From assembly GCA_951406725.2 (NCBI GenBank), contig OX597840.1:14756001-14820000 (forward strand): a DNA stretch of 64,000 nt, in the 5' to 3' direction. This document shows positions 25,091-37,957 of this stretch, piece after piece. The stretch comes from Octopus vulgaris (Eukaryota). Position numbers and translations under genes: made by a program. Position 1 is the stretch's first letter. Each line of letters starts with the position of its first letter. The notes below the pieces were generated by a model that was not told where the DNA came from, did no database searches, and worked only from the letters and a program-made list of their open reading frames with translations.

Positions 25091-26227
25091 AATAGGGAAA
25101 ATGAGAAGAGTATAGAATAATGAAATGACAACATAAAGGACACGAGTAAAGGAATAAGGAGATGAAGAATGAGAAGAAAAAGGTAGCATAAAAGTTCACA
25201 ATATATATATATCATATCTATAAAAGGGAGGATGTGTGTGCGTGTGTGTGTGTACATGATTGTAATTTATGCACGTCCCCAAATTAGCATGCATGTCGCT
25301 CAAATTTTAGGAAGACATTTGTCAACACCCTATCTGGGTTTTGTCAACTTATTTTTTTCCCCGAGGCACCCGCAGATTGGGTAAAAATCTATTTTCAACC
25401 ATTTTCAACCATAACAAATATCAGCCATTGCTTTTTGATGGTGTCTAGCAAAAAAAAAAGATAAAGAAAAGTGGAAGAAGGAGGCACAGAGTATCACGGG
25501 AAAGACAAAGTGAGAGAGGGAGAGAGAGAGAGTACGTGACTACGTTCATAAAAGATAAAATGTAAAATGTTTTGTTTTTTGTTTTTGAAAGGCACAATAT
25601 ATTTTATAATCATAGTATATATACTTTCTTACACAACAATTACAATATATTTATTTTAAATCATTTATTTATTTTAAATCGTTCATCTTTCTCCTCACCC
25701 TCTCTCTCACACATTACTTTGGGTGCGAAAGAGTTTTGTTTTTATTTTGTGTCGAGTAAAAAAGTGTTTTGTTGACAATCCATTTATTTAACAACGAAGA
25801 AACAAAGAGGTGAATAACAATTTGTCAGTGAATTACACAATATAAATGGGTACAATTTGCGAGGCTTCCACCACACCCCACTCCATTTCACAGACCACAA
25901 AAAGGGTTTGAGGCCAGAGTAGTTGATTCCATGCAAAAACAACGATTTTTTTTTTCTTAGTGAAAATTGTGCGAGTATTAATCTACAAATTTAACAACAT
26001 TTTTTCCATTCATTTCTGTTTATGAACATGTATGCATGCACAAAACATGCAATAGGTGTACGTACATACGTATGTGTATGTGTGTTCGTGTCTGTTGCCC
26101 ATATATATTTATATTATATTATATATATATAATATATATAATATATAATATAACTAATTATATATATATAAAACATCAATTGGCTTTGATGCAAAGGGCC
26201 ACGGAAATATTCATGCTAGGAATATTA

Positions 26228-26620
26228 TTCTTTTTACTTGTTTCAGTCATTTGAATGTGGCCATGCTGGAGGACCACCTTTAGTTGAGCAAATCAACCCC
26301 AGGACTTATTCTTTGGAAGCCTTGTACTAATTCTATCAGTCTCTTTTGCTGAACCGGTAAGAACGGGGACGTAAACACACCAGCATCAGTTGTCAAGCGA
26401 TGTTGGGGGGACAAACGCAAACACACACACACATATATATATACAAATACATATATATGATGGGCTTCTTTCAGTTTCCTTCTACCAAATCCACTCACAA
26501 GGCTTTGGTTGGCCCTAGGCTATAGTAGAAGATACTTGCCCAAGGTTCCACACAGTGAGACTGAACCCGGAAACATGTGGTTGGTAAGCAAGCTACTTAC
26601 CACACAGCCACTCTTGCTCC
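26228..26620 (-). mobile_element. SINE family A
   Basis: Full reverse match. Confidence 0.9.
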
Positions 26621-26976
26621 TTGTAAGGAGCATATCTAAAAAGCGATAATTTGAGAACAGAGTGGAGTGAATGATGTGATTACAGAGTACTCTTGATTCA
26701 AATTGCTTGATTGAAGAATCTTACCATTATTGTGGAGGCGTTCCAAGTGGTCTTTTCCAGTCTCTTGGATATTGCTTGGCAAATATACAGCTTCACCTGC
26801 TGGGCTGGACATGTCACAAGGTTCACAGATAACAGGTGAACCTGTGCAGTTGCCAAGTGATGCCCAAGAGATCAGAAAAGACTACTTTGAAGGCCTACAC
26901 GATGACGGGAGGATGATTCAGCCAAACAATCTTTAAAAAAGTTTCATGGAATAAGAACCAGGCTTTAAAAAATAAG

Positions 26977-27143
26977 CAGGAGTGGCTGTGTGGTAAGTAG
27001 CTCGCTTACCAACCACATGGTTCCAGGTTCAGTCCCATTGTGTGGCACCTTGGGCAAGTGTCTGCTACTGTAGCCTCGGGCTGACCAAAGCCTTGTGAGT
27101 GGATTCGGTAGACAGAAACTGAAAGAAGCCATTGCATATATGT

Positions 27144-27216
<73 letters not shown>

Positions 27217-27249
27217 TGTTTGTTGTTGTGTGTTGTGTGTGTGGTGTGT

Positions 27250-27328
<79 letters not shown>

Positions 27329-27612
27329 ATACATTGGTGTATCTGTGTTTGTCCCCCCCAACATCACTTGACAACCGATGCTGGTACGTTACATCCCAGT
27401 AACTTAGCGGTTTGGCAAAAGAGACCATTACAATAAGTACTAGGCTTACAAAGAATAAGTCCTGGGGTTGATTTGCTAGACTAAAAGGCAGTGTTCCAGC
27501 ATGGCCACAGTCAAATGACTGAAACAGGTAAAAGAGTCAATTCATTCTCCTAAGATTCTTCAATGCAGTGCCCCAGCATGGTCGCAGGCTAAAAAACTGA
27601 AACAAATAAATG
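26977..27612 (+). mobile_element. SINE family A with a ~200-bp expanded internal microsatellite and a second tail
   Basis: Head at 26977; (TA)/(TG) expansion 27135-27330; tails end near 27537 and 27610. Confidence 0.85.
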
Positions 27613-27674
27613 ATAAAAAAAAAAGATAGGTAAACTTTATTTTGGTTTTACTTTTACGAAATGAGGATTGTATG

Positions 27675-27850
27675 CTGTGTAGCCTACTGGTTAGGGGATT
27701 CAGCTGTTGATCATTAGGTTGTGGGTTTGATTTTCTAACCTAGTAATACATGGTGACCTTGAACAAGGCACTTTATTTCATAATGTTCCAGTCCAGTCAG
27801 CTGAAAAACGTTCCTGTGATCCCTGAAATTTAACAGGTGTCCTGCTCAGG
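27675..27850 (+). mobile_element. Old SINE family E-like copy
   Basis: tggttagggg...gtgggtttgatt...gaccttgaacaaggcactttatttc...ttccagtccagtcagctg. Confidence 0.55.
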
Positions 27851-28588
27851 AGTGTGCCTTGTTCTTTCAGTCACATAAACACCTTACAAAATTCTGGTGA
27901 GTCCCTCCAGTTTCATGAATCTGGAGGTACAAGGTGGACTATTGATAAAGAGACAGGGAAGAAAGGGACCGGGTTTGTCAATGTGAGATCCACTGAGCCA
28001 ATGGTTGAAAGAAACCTTTGATTTGGGGTAAGGAGAGGAGAGTGTGTGGACACAGATCATTTGTTCAGCTGACTGGAAATAGCAGCCGAATCTTCCTCAG
28101 ATCACACCCTGTAGTCTGAAATAGAGAAAGAACTGATATTGTAAGGTGCTTAGTAGAGTGCTGAGTGGACTGGCCTATATTTAAAGTCATTCCAGCCATG
28201 ACCATCCCATTTTCTTCTTATGTGAAATGAATCAAGTACCAAATTCTACAACTTGTTCTATTTTGAAATGGAAGAGAGTTAGTTGAGGGAGTTTTAGCTG
28301 CTATTTCTAGACAGACAGATACATACACAAACAAATAAATAGTTGGACAGATTATTTTTAAAGAGACAGATACATATAAACAGACGTACAAAGCAGACAG
28401 ATATATAGTGGTATGGAGAGTGAGATAGATACATACACATACACACATGCATGTATATATATACAAAAACACAAATACATATACACACATATACATAGAT
28501 GTACATATATGCATACACACATGATTGTATAATGTGTGTGTGTTTGTGTGTATATATATGCATGTGTGTGTGTGTATATATATATGCA

Positions 28589-28642
<54 letters not shown>

Positions 28643-28665
28643 GATGTGTGTGTGTATATATATAT

Positions 28666-29068
28666 AGGTGTAGGCGTGGTTGCGTGCTCAGAAGCTTGCT
28701 TCCCAACCACATGGTTCCAGGTTCAGTCCCACTGCATGGCACCTTGGGAAAGTGTCTTCTACTATAATCTCGGGCCGACCAAAGCCTTGTGAGTGGATTT
28801 GGTAGATGGAAACTGAAAGAAGCCCATATATATGTACATATATATATATCTATGTGTGTGTGTGTATTTGTGCCTGTGTTTGTCTCCCACCACTACTTGA
28901 CAACTGGTGCTGGTATGTTTATGTCCTCATAACTTAGCAGTTCGGCAAAAGAACCTGATAGAATAATTAGTAGGCTTATAAAGAGTAAGTCCTGAGGTGA
29001 AATTCTTCAGGACTGTGCCCCTGCATGGCCGCAGTCTAATGACTGAGACAAGTAAAAGAATAAAAGAT
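28666..29068 (+). mobile_element. SINE family A
   Basis: Consensus match. Confidence 0.85.
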
Positions 29069-29644
29069 CAAGACATACATACATGGTTTATAAGTACATC
29101 GATAGACAAACGGACGGACGGACGGACAGACAATGATTTTCGTAAAAGAAGCGATGTTCTTGCAGAGAAACAGGGGAAGGTGTAAGAATAGGGAGGGCAG
29201 GTAAGGGTGGAGAAACCTCATAAATCCAGCTTGTGAGTGATGAGGGTGGTGGGTTCTGAGGTGTGGGAGGTGTAACGTCTGGTGGTGAGGTGGGAGGTGG
29301 AGGAGTGGGTGGAAGTAGTGGGGTAGGAGGAGGAGGAGGAGGAGGAGAGACTGTTACCAGCATTACATCATGAACTTCTGTATGGTATCTCTTGTCTCGC
29401 CAATCGATAGAAGCACACGCAAGCAGCAGCTGTTTGTTGTTTCGTTTGAGAAGAGTTTCTACCTTGATTAGTTTACTGGTGGTTTACCTTCTATTGTCTT
29501 TGTTTGTCATCAACATCCCATACACACATCCACACTCACACATACACTTATATGCACGCACTTTATACATACACCCTTTACACACACATGCACTCACTTT
29601 ATACACTCGCTTTACACCCACACCTATTACTATCGTATTTTTTT

Positions 29645-30070
29645 TTATGAGACAGAGAGAGTGAGAAAGAGAGAGAAAAGAGAGAGGGTGAGAAAGAAAA
29701 GGAAGAGAGAGAGAGAGAGAAAGATGAAGTGAACTGAAAGAAGACACAGAGACAGAGACATAGGGTGGGGGAGATAGCAAGGGACAGACAGACGGAGACA
29801 GATGGAGAGAGACAGAGAGAGAAAATGAGAAAGAGAAAGAAAATGAGAAAGAGAAAGAAAAGAGAGAGAGAGAGAGAGAAGGATGAATGGAACTAAAAGA
29901 AGACATGAAGACAGAGACAGAGACAGACGGACAGACAGAAATAGAGAGACAGAGACAGTGACTGACAGAGAGAGGCAGACAGTGAGACAGACATGAAGAT
30001 GAATACAGAAATAGAAAAACATTCAGATTGAGAAAGGAGGAGAGACAAAGAGGGACGAAGAGACAAAGAG
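29645..30070. repeat. (GA/GACA)n purine-rich low-complexity tract
   Basis: Directly visible. Confidence 0.9.
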
Positions 30071-31135
30071 GATGAAAGCTCGTTAATGTTGATCATCAAT
30101 ATCATTGCTATCATTAACATTGTCATCCTTAGCGGTATCATAATCATCATCATCACAACCACCACCACCACCGCTGCCATCATTGTTATTTCCATCATCT
30201 CTATCCTCACACTGTCACCACCACCACCACCTACAACAACCCCACCACTGAAGTTGCTGACATACCCCAGTGAATAACTGGTATTCATTTTATTAATTGA
30301 TCCCACCAAAAATGATGACTCTGGCTTTGATTCTGGCTGAATTTGAACTCACAGTTTATAAAGATAACTTGATTCTGCCAGACTGTCTGGTGCTCCACAG
30401 ATTCTGTCAGCAGAATCTTCTTCTCTTCTTTATTTCCATTCCATATTATATAAAAGATAGGTCCAGGTTTATAGGGTTCTGGTGTCTTTCTGTCAGTTTC
30501 TCAATCAGGTTGCTGACCCTTCTCAGAGTCTTTCTCTCTCTGTTGGAGAAAGGAACTGCGAGTTGTCCCCTTCAGTTTTTCTCAACCTAACAAATTCTGT
30601 AAGAGCAAGAAAGAGGTGGGTAGGGGTGGAGGGAAGCAACTGGAAACCAGTGCATGACTGGTATTTTATTCATCCACTCCAGAAGGATAACAGCTGACCA
30701 AGGTGAGATTTTAGCTCAAAGTACAAAGGGTGGAACAATGATTATTTCTTATACCGACAAAAGACAAGAAATTCGGGAGAAAATAAAGTCATTTACCTTT
30801 AAAACATACTTTGTATGTGTGTGTGTGTGTGGAAAGGTAAAGTTCAATTTATCCTTTACTTTGGAGTGTTCCAAAGGGGTGATTTCTAACAAAGATTCTT
30901 CATATTTCATTGGTAGCTTACTGGTGTAAGATTTTTGCAAATATGAAATTATTACATGTGTAATAAAGATGAGAATTTATGGAAAAGAGATGTTAAAATT
31001 TTTTTTTAAATTGTTTAAAATTTTAACATTTTCTCTTCTCCATCTTTAACAGTCTGTTGAGTTCCTGTGGAATACTTTTCCATAAATTCTCATCCCATAC
31101 CTTATACATACATGCATACATATATATATATATAG

Positions 31136-31365
31136 AGGCGCAATGGCCTAGTGGTTAGGGCAGCGGACTCGCGGTCGCAGGATCGCGGTTTCGATTCTCA
31201 GACCGGGCGTTGTGTGTGTTTATTGAGCGAAAAACCTAAAAGCTCTACGAGGCTCCGGCAGGGGGTGGTGATCCCTGCTGTACTCTTTCACCACAATGGC
31301 GGTGCCCCAGCATGGCCACAGCTCAAGAGCTGAAACTGGAAAAACAAAAACAAAAACAAAACAAA
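31136..31365 (+). mobile_element. Chimeric SINE: family C tRNA head and body fused to a family A-type tail
   Basis: gaggcgcaatggcctagtggttagggcagcggactcgcggtcg...gtttcgattc...ctctttcaccacaa | tggcggtgccccagcatggccacag...ctgaaac. Confidence 0.8.
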
Positions 31366-31371
31366 AATATA

Positions 31372-31645
31372 TATCATCATCATCATCATCATTTAATGTC
31401 TTTTGTCTGTACTGGCATGAGTTGGACAGTTTGACCGTGCTGGCATGCTGGAAGGCTGCACTAGACTCCAGTCTGATTTGGCATGGTTTTCTTCCTTACA
31501 CCAACCACTCCAAGAATGTAATGGGTGCTTTTATGTGCCACCTGCACAGGTGTCAATTTGCCTTACACCGGTATCTGCCTTGACTACGATTTTGCTTGGC
31601 TTGATGGGTTTTCTCCTCAAGCACAACATAATGCCAAAAGTTTCG
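31372..31645 (-). mobile_element. SINE family D
   Basis: (CAT)n tail, ctgcactagactccagtctgatttggc, ccaaccactccaag. Confidence 0.7.
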
Positions 31646-32159
31646 TCATCAGCTGCACCATTCAATCTGGTGGTGTCAACAGCACTAAAATAAGTGTTGT
31701 TTAGGAAGAAACATACTTAGATATCACCACATTCGTTCAGTCTTAATTCAAGAAGGGATTAAACACAACAAAGAAACACATTTACCTTATGTACAAAAAC
31801 AGTATCGGTAAATTAATAATTCTATAAGTAAACCTATAACTATCTCCTAAATTATCTAAACAAATAGCAACCTGGCCCTTGAAGTCCATACAGATGATAT
31901 TCCCACCAGTCTTCCATAGTTATTAATATAAATATTCTAGTCTTTCCAAAACAACAGCAAACTCAATTGAACTTAGCTAATAATATAATTAATTCGGAGT
32001 GAATTTGAGTGAATTACACTGTTTCATAATCCAAAAGTTAATAATCAAAACACTCTATACGTATTAAATATTGGTTATCCTTACGTGCTTTAATGTTATA
32101 CCAGTAATTTAATAGATAATACTAAAATATCCTTATCAAATCAGAAACTAATAAAAGAA

Positions 32160-32548
32160 TACTCTTTTACTCTTTTATCTGTTTCAGTCATTTGACTGCG
32201 GCCATGCTGGAGCACCGCCTTTAGTCAAGCAAATTGACCCCAGAACTTATTCTTTGTAAGCCTGGTACTTATTCTATCAGTCTCTATTGCTGAACTGCTA
32301 AGTTACGGTAACGTAAACACACTAGCATCAGTTGTCAAGCGATGTTGGGGGACAAACTCAAACACATATATATACATATACATATATACGACGGGCTTCT
32401 TTCAGTTTCCAAATCCACTCACAAGGCTTTGGTCGGCCCGAGGCTATAGTAGAAGACACGTGCCCAAAATGCCACACAGTAGGACTGAACCCAGAACCAT
32501 GTGGTTGGTAAGCAAGCTACTTACCAAACAGCCACTCCTACACCTATA
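32160..32548 (-). mobile_element. SINE family A
   Basis: Full reverse match. Confidence 0.9.
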
Positions 32549-32863
32549 ATTAACAATTACTATTAAAAACCATGTTATGATTAAAGCTAAATATATAACT
32601 GTATAAAAGACAATATAAAATATGAAGTATTACCACAAACATGTTATCAGGACTCACAAAGTTCAAGTCAGCTATTTTCTCAAAAGACTTACTATTTGGT
32701 GGTGTGGTGTGTAGTCCACTACTTTCTCAAATGTCTTTAACTATTTGGTGTTGTAGTATGCAATTAGAGTGACTTGTAAACAGTCCAAATATGTACAAGC
32801 TACAATCCTAATCATTAGACATTTACAAATATTTACTAAGTTGAAGGCTAGATGTTACACCTT

Positions 32864-33205
32864 ATCATCATCATCATCATCGTTTAATGTCCATTTTCCA
32901 TACTAGCATAGGTTGGACGGTTCAACCGGGGTCTGGGAAGCCAGAAGGCTGCGCCAGGCTCCAGTCTGATCTGGCAGTGTTTCTACAGCTGGATGCCCTT
33001 CCTAATGCCAACCACTCCGTGAGTGTAGTGGGTGCTTTTTACATTCCACCAGCACAAGGGCCAGAGGAGGCTAGCAAACAGCCACGATCGGTTGGTGCTT
33101 TTTACAGGTCACCGACATGGACGCCAGTCAGGCAGCGCTGGCACTAGCCACGTTCGGATGGTGCTTTTTACATGCCACTGGCACAGGTATCATAACTACG
33201 ATTAT
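32864..33205 (-). mobile_element. SINE family D
   Basis: catcatcgtttaatgtcc...ctacagctggatgcccttcctaatgccaaccactcc plus internal ggtgcttttta units. Confidence 0.8.
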
Positions 33206-33229
33206 TTATTTTAAATTTCCAGTCTCCCA

Positions 33230-35760
33230 CATTAACAGCAATTAAACATTTTAACTAATTTACCATATTTATAACTTTGTTCTACTAAATGTCTTAACAG
33301 TTTGTATATTCTTTCCAAAAATCTATAATCTGATAATCTGGTCTGAAAAAACACCATAACCTATAAAAGAAGGAATTCTACTACTGAACCATGCCATTGA
33401 AGCTACTTGGAAACCAAAATCTTATTATAAATATCAGTACATATCACATTATTATACTTAATTACTAAATTGATATCTAAATAATTAATGTTCTTTATAT
33501 TATTACCATTTCTGATGGCCTTAAGTTCAAAGAAACCATAATTAGATATAAATTTCTCAACTATGTATCTGTAGCATCCATTAAGTTGTTTAAGCAAACC
33601 AAGTTTTTTCCTAAAACATTGGTCTTTAAGAAAAAGGAACTCTCATGAAGAAAGATAAAGGTCTGCTAATAGAGGGCTGCAATTGCCACCCACTGGAATT
33701 CCTCTAACCTGTTTGAGCAGGTTAGAGGAATTCCAGTGGGTGGCAGTCATAGCAAACACTACAAATGCAATTACCTGCAAACACTACAAATGAATTATTA
33801 ACAATAAAACTGACCATCTCTTTCTTCTTTCTCATATTCATATTAGTATATCCCTTAAAACAACAATTAGACAAGAAACCTTTACCATTCATCATAAATA
33901 TACATTTATATCCTTTATCAAATATAATATTTAATACGCTAAAAGTACCTTCTTCTACACATTTAAGATTTAAGTTTGTATATAGCATCAAAAAATCGTA
34001 CACATTCATACTCTTAACCTTCTTGCGTTTAATCAGTCTTTCCAGCAATTCCTTAGTTGATCTAATACTCCAAAAATAATTCATTCCTGAACTGTTATAA
34101 ATTTTATCACAATATTTTTTAAAACATGTTCTAACTACTTTTTAACCAATATAGATAACTGTTACTTTGTACAGTTCCTAGTTGCTATTATGAATCTACT
34201 TTTAAAAAAAAGCTTTATGTAGGTTAGGAATCAAAAAAAATCTAGGGATATTTTTTTCTTTTTCTTCCACCTGTAAACCACTCAATCTTTCTACTGTGGG
34301 TATATAAGCCTGTTAACTATCTCATTAACCTTTTCTGGTATAACTTTGTATGTGTTATTACCTATAAATTTGAATTCTTTATCAACTCCTAACTCCTCAC
34401 CTACAACCATCATATAAGATTTTTTACAAATTACTACAAAATTCCCTGCTGCTTTATCCACTGACACTATCACATACTTTTTATGTAATTCATTTACATA
34501 CTCTTTAACTGTGGAGGCGCAATGGCCTAGTGGTTAGGGCAGCAAACTCATGGTTGTAGAATCGCAGTTTCGATTCCCAGCTGGGTGTTGTGAGTGTTTA
34601 TTGAGCGAAAATACTTAAAGCTCCATGAGGCCCCAGCAGTGGGTGGTGGCAAACCCTGCTGTACTCTTTCATCACAACTTTCTCTCACTCTTACTTCCTG
34701 TTTCTGTTATACCTTTATTTCAAAAGGCCAGCCTAGTCACACTCTGTGTCATACTGAATCTCCCCGAGAACTACATTAAGGGTTCACATGTTTGGGGAGT
34801 GCTCAGCCACTTGCATGTTAATTTCACGAGCAGGTTGTTCCGTTGATTGGATCAACAGGAACCCTCATAATATAACCAACAGAGTGCCATGACTCTTTAA
34901 CTAGTGGTTTATTCAAAACTGAATCTTTCCCTATCCACTTTTATTTCTTTATATGCATAAACACCATGTAAGTTAATTTTCTAACCCAGCTCTTGAACTC
35001 CTCCAATTTAACTTTATATTTCCGACTTAATTTAACTATGAAACCATTAATGGCTTTTAATATAACTTTCTTTAAATTATATTCACTAATTTTACTTTGT
35101 TCTCTATATTTTGTCCTTTTGCTCATAAGCTCCCTTAGTTCTTCATTTTTAATATCTAAGTTTCTTGTATGAACGTGCCCTATTTCTTTATAACAAAACT
35201 CCAAATTATTACATTTACAATCTCTTAAATATATTTCTTTAAAACTTTCAACACTAACTTTTGATAGGAGCTTATTATAATTAAATAAGGTACTACTTAC
35301 CATCTTATAAAGCTTATAACAAATGTTGACATTTATATGTCTAACATTTTCCGGCAAAAGTTTTATTCTTATTTTTTATTTCTAATTACATTACCTAAAT
35401 TAACATCATCAATGAAATTACTAACATATAGTATCTTTGAATATTCAATTTTAGCATTATTGTCTTTCACTTTAGCCATTTTCATTAACCTATTACAAAA
35501 ACTATCCACTTAAAAACTTACTTCAGCTAACTCTCAAATGGCATACAACCATTATTTCTTTAAGTTCTGCATAAGAACACTCTCAACATTTCATAACAAC
35601 AATACATATTCTTTCTTTATATAAAAATCATTAATTTTATAATTAAGGCCTAGAGGGTGTATGCTACATAACAACTTGGTCAAAAACCATTCTTCTTGTA
35701 AAAGTTTCTGTCTAACGTTGACCAATTATTTGAATTTTACAATTTTTAAACCCTAAGCTA
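33230..35760 (-). pseudogene. Decayed Penelope-like retroelement ORF, Naiad-like order (GIY-YIG remnant, linker, RT, thumb)
   Basis: Minus strand in order: KIQIIG..RQKLLQEEWFLTKLLCSIHPLGLN; CKC...FCY.EIGHVHT.NL...LRELMSK.TKYRE; VSVDKAAGNFVVICK; YDF.MLYTNL; RGIPVGGNCSPLLADLYL; YRYI; YLDINL; SRIPSFIGYGVFSDQIIR. Confidence 0.85.
34511..34890 (+). mobile_element. SINE family C (head and body) with an alternative tail, inserted into the PLE
   Basis: 11-bp TSD actctttaact at 34500-34510 and 34892-34902; tail shared with 1217-1378. Confidence 0.85.
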
Positions 35761-35762
35761 AC

Positions 35763-35809
<47 letters not shown>

Positions 35810-36261
35810 CATATATATGCATATATATTTTAAATATATATATATATATATATACATCATATATATGTGTGATATACGAACACATACACACTTGCGTGAA
35901 CACTTACACACACAGAGAAAAAGAGTAGGTTTGAAGTTGATCCGAGAATAAAAATAGATTTAAATGGCTGAAAAGCTGAAAATCTTCAGCAAAAATATTT
36001 GAAAAAAAAAAAAATAATAATAATAATAGAGCATCAAAAATCCTTGCAAAATGAAAAAATATAGAACAGTGTTGGGGGGTTTGGGGTGAAGAGGTAGGTT
36101 AGAAGCATGTTAAAGAAACAGCAGCAAAAAAGAACCCTAAAAAGCATTAAATTAAATAGAAAAAATGTATAATTATGTAAAATATACAGAACTGTCGGAG
36201 AAAGAAGGAAAAATTAGGAATTAATTCACTGGTGTGTTTTAGAGGAAAAAAACAAAAAATA

Positions 36262-36553
36262 GGTGATGATGATGATGATGGTAATGGTGACTGCGATGGT
36301 CGTGGTGATAGTGTTTGTGGCAGATGGTGGCAGAGGCAGTGATGATGAAGATGGTGGTTGAGATGATGATGATGATGATGATGATGGTAATAGAGTTGGC
36401 AGTTAAGATGATGGTGACAGTGGTGATGTTGGTGGTGATAATGGTGGTGGTGGTGATAGTTATGGTAGTGGTGGGCATGGTGGTAGTGATGATGATGATG
36501 TTGGTGATGATAGTGATGGCAGTGATTTTGGTGATGCAGTAGTAGTAGCAGCG

Positions 36554-36584
<31 letters not shown>

Positions 36585-36586
36585 TA
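36262..36586. repeat. (GAT/GGT/GTA/GCA)n trinucleotide low-complexity tract
   Basis: Directly visible. Confidence 0.9.
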
Positions 36587-36858
36587 TGTGTACATTTATT
36601 ATTTTAAATTTTTTTAAAGATATTCTGCTGTCAATTTCTGTGATTTTTATAGAAATCCACTTTTGAAACTTTGGGAATTTTTGTAGTCAATGGACTTGTG
36701 AATGGGATAAAGAAAAAATATAGTTTGTACATGTGTAAATATATAAAAATTTACAAACTTTGGTTTAGTTTAAATATGTTTGTGAAGTATTTTAATATCG
36801 AAAGACAAATTCACTGCAGTTAACATAGAGAAAAAAAAATTTTCTTATGGTAAAAAGG

Positions 36859-36951
36859 TGTTCCTGCTTGGCGTGCTGGTACAGAACCTATGAGCTCTTC
36901 TCTTCCATAAGTTCCCTCATCGGTTCTGTACTAGTACACTAAGCAGGAACA
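36859..36951. repeat. About 93-nt hairpin / inverted repeat
   Basis: tgttcctgcttggcgtgctggtacagaacc.atgag ... ctcat.ggttctgtactagtacactaagcaggaaca. Confidence 0.85.
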
Positions 36952-37957
36952 TAGAGGCTCACTCAACAACATAGAAGTTAAAATCTTGTTCACACATAAA
37001 ACAGACGCAATGCCTAGACAAATTACCGAAGCTACACACATAATAGAAGATAAACCAAGTCTGAATAGGAATCTGGAATGTAAAACTAGCACACACCCCC
37101 AACACACCACAACATATGACAGAATAAGAACCCATAAACTGATAACAATATGAACAAAATATAATACAATACGCAGATAAACAAATGGAATTGAATAACT
37201 ATATACGTTAACAAAATTAAATTAAATACAAAAAAAAAGAAAGAATAGAAAAAGAAAATAAGTAGGTATAAACATATGAACAAAATAAATAGAAACAAAT
37301 TAAACGAATGTGTATAAACATGGATACAGATAATACAGACACCCCACACACACACACATTTACTAAACATAGACACGCACAGGGGTATACGCATACGCAA
37401 ATAGAGACACATACAATAGGAATACAAAATACAAAATGGCTGATTGCTAGTAAGGAGAGACACACAAATAAGAAAGAAGAAAGCAAAGCACCACTGATGA
37501 TGTCACAGAAGTGTAATGAAAAAACTCTTGTCAAAATATGATTAATGTATAAAAATAAAATAAAGCTGAAGCAAATTAACACCAAATTATATAATGCGTG
37601 TATTTTTATTGGCTAAACTGGCAACATGACCATCCCAAAGTACAACAATTTCTGTTTCAACACATGATTTCACATCAAGAATCTTGCAAAACAAATATAA
37701 ATATATATATAGATAGATAGACAGACAGACAGATAGATGTGTGTGTGTTCATGTCCTAGATGTAAACAAGAGTCACTACCATACATGTGGTGTTGTCTCT
37801 TAATATACCATATAAATATTTGTAGCCTTTTTGCTGGTAGTAATTGAGGGACCAGAGGAAATATTTGCTTGTTAGAAAACAAGTGGAGCTTGGTGACAGG
37901 AAGAGCATCTTAACTTCAATATGTATATAATCATTTGCATATATCTATATATATATA

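Noticed and set aside
26730-26936. 68-aa ORF with ordinary composition
   Set aside because: No recognisable domain; could be an old LINE remnant; no exon evidence
31136-31208. Possible tRNA gene (also 47976, 55564, 57080)
   Set aside because: A/B boxes present but cloverleaf stems are broken and the sequence runs on into SINE bodies
36239-36595. Poly-His/Thr/Val ORFs (also 48661-49148, 53313-53522, 59046-59627)
   Set aside because: Trinucleotide low-complexity tracts with no domain or splice support
37493-37535. ctgatga...gaaa hammerhead candidate (also 18276, 24089, 44417)
   Set aside because: Stems I and III cannot be formed convincingly
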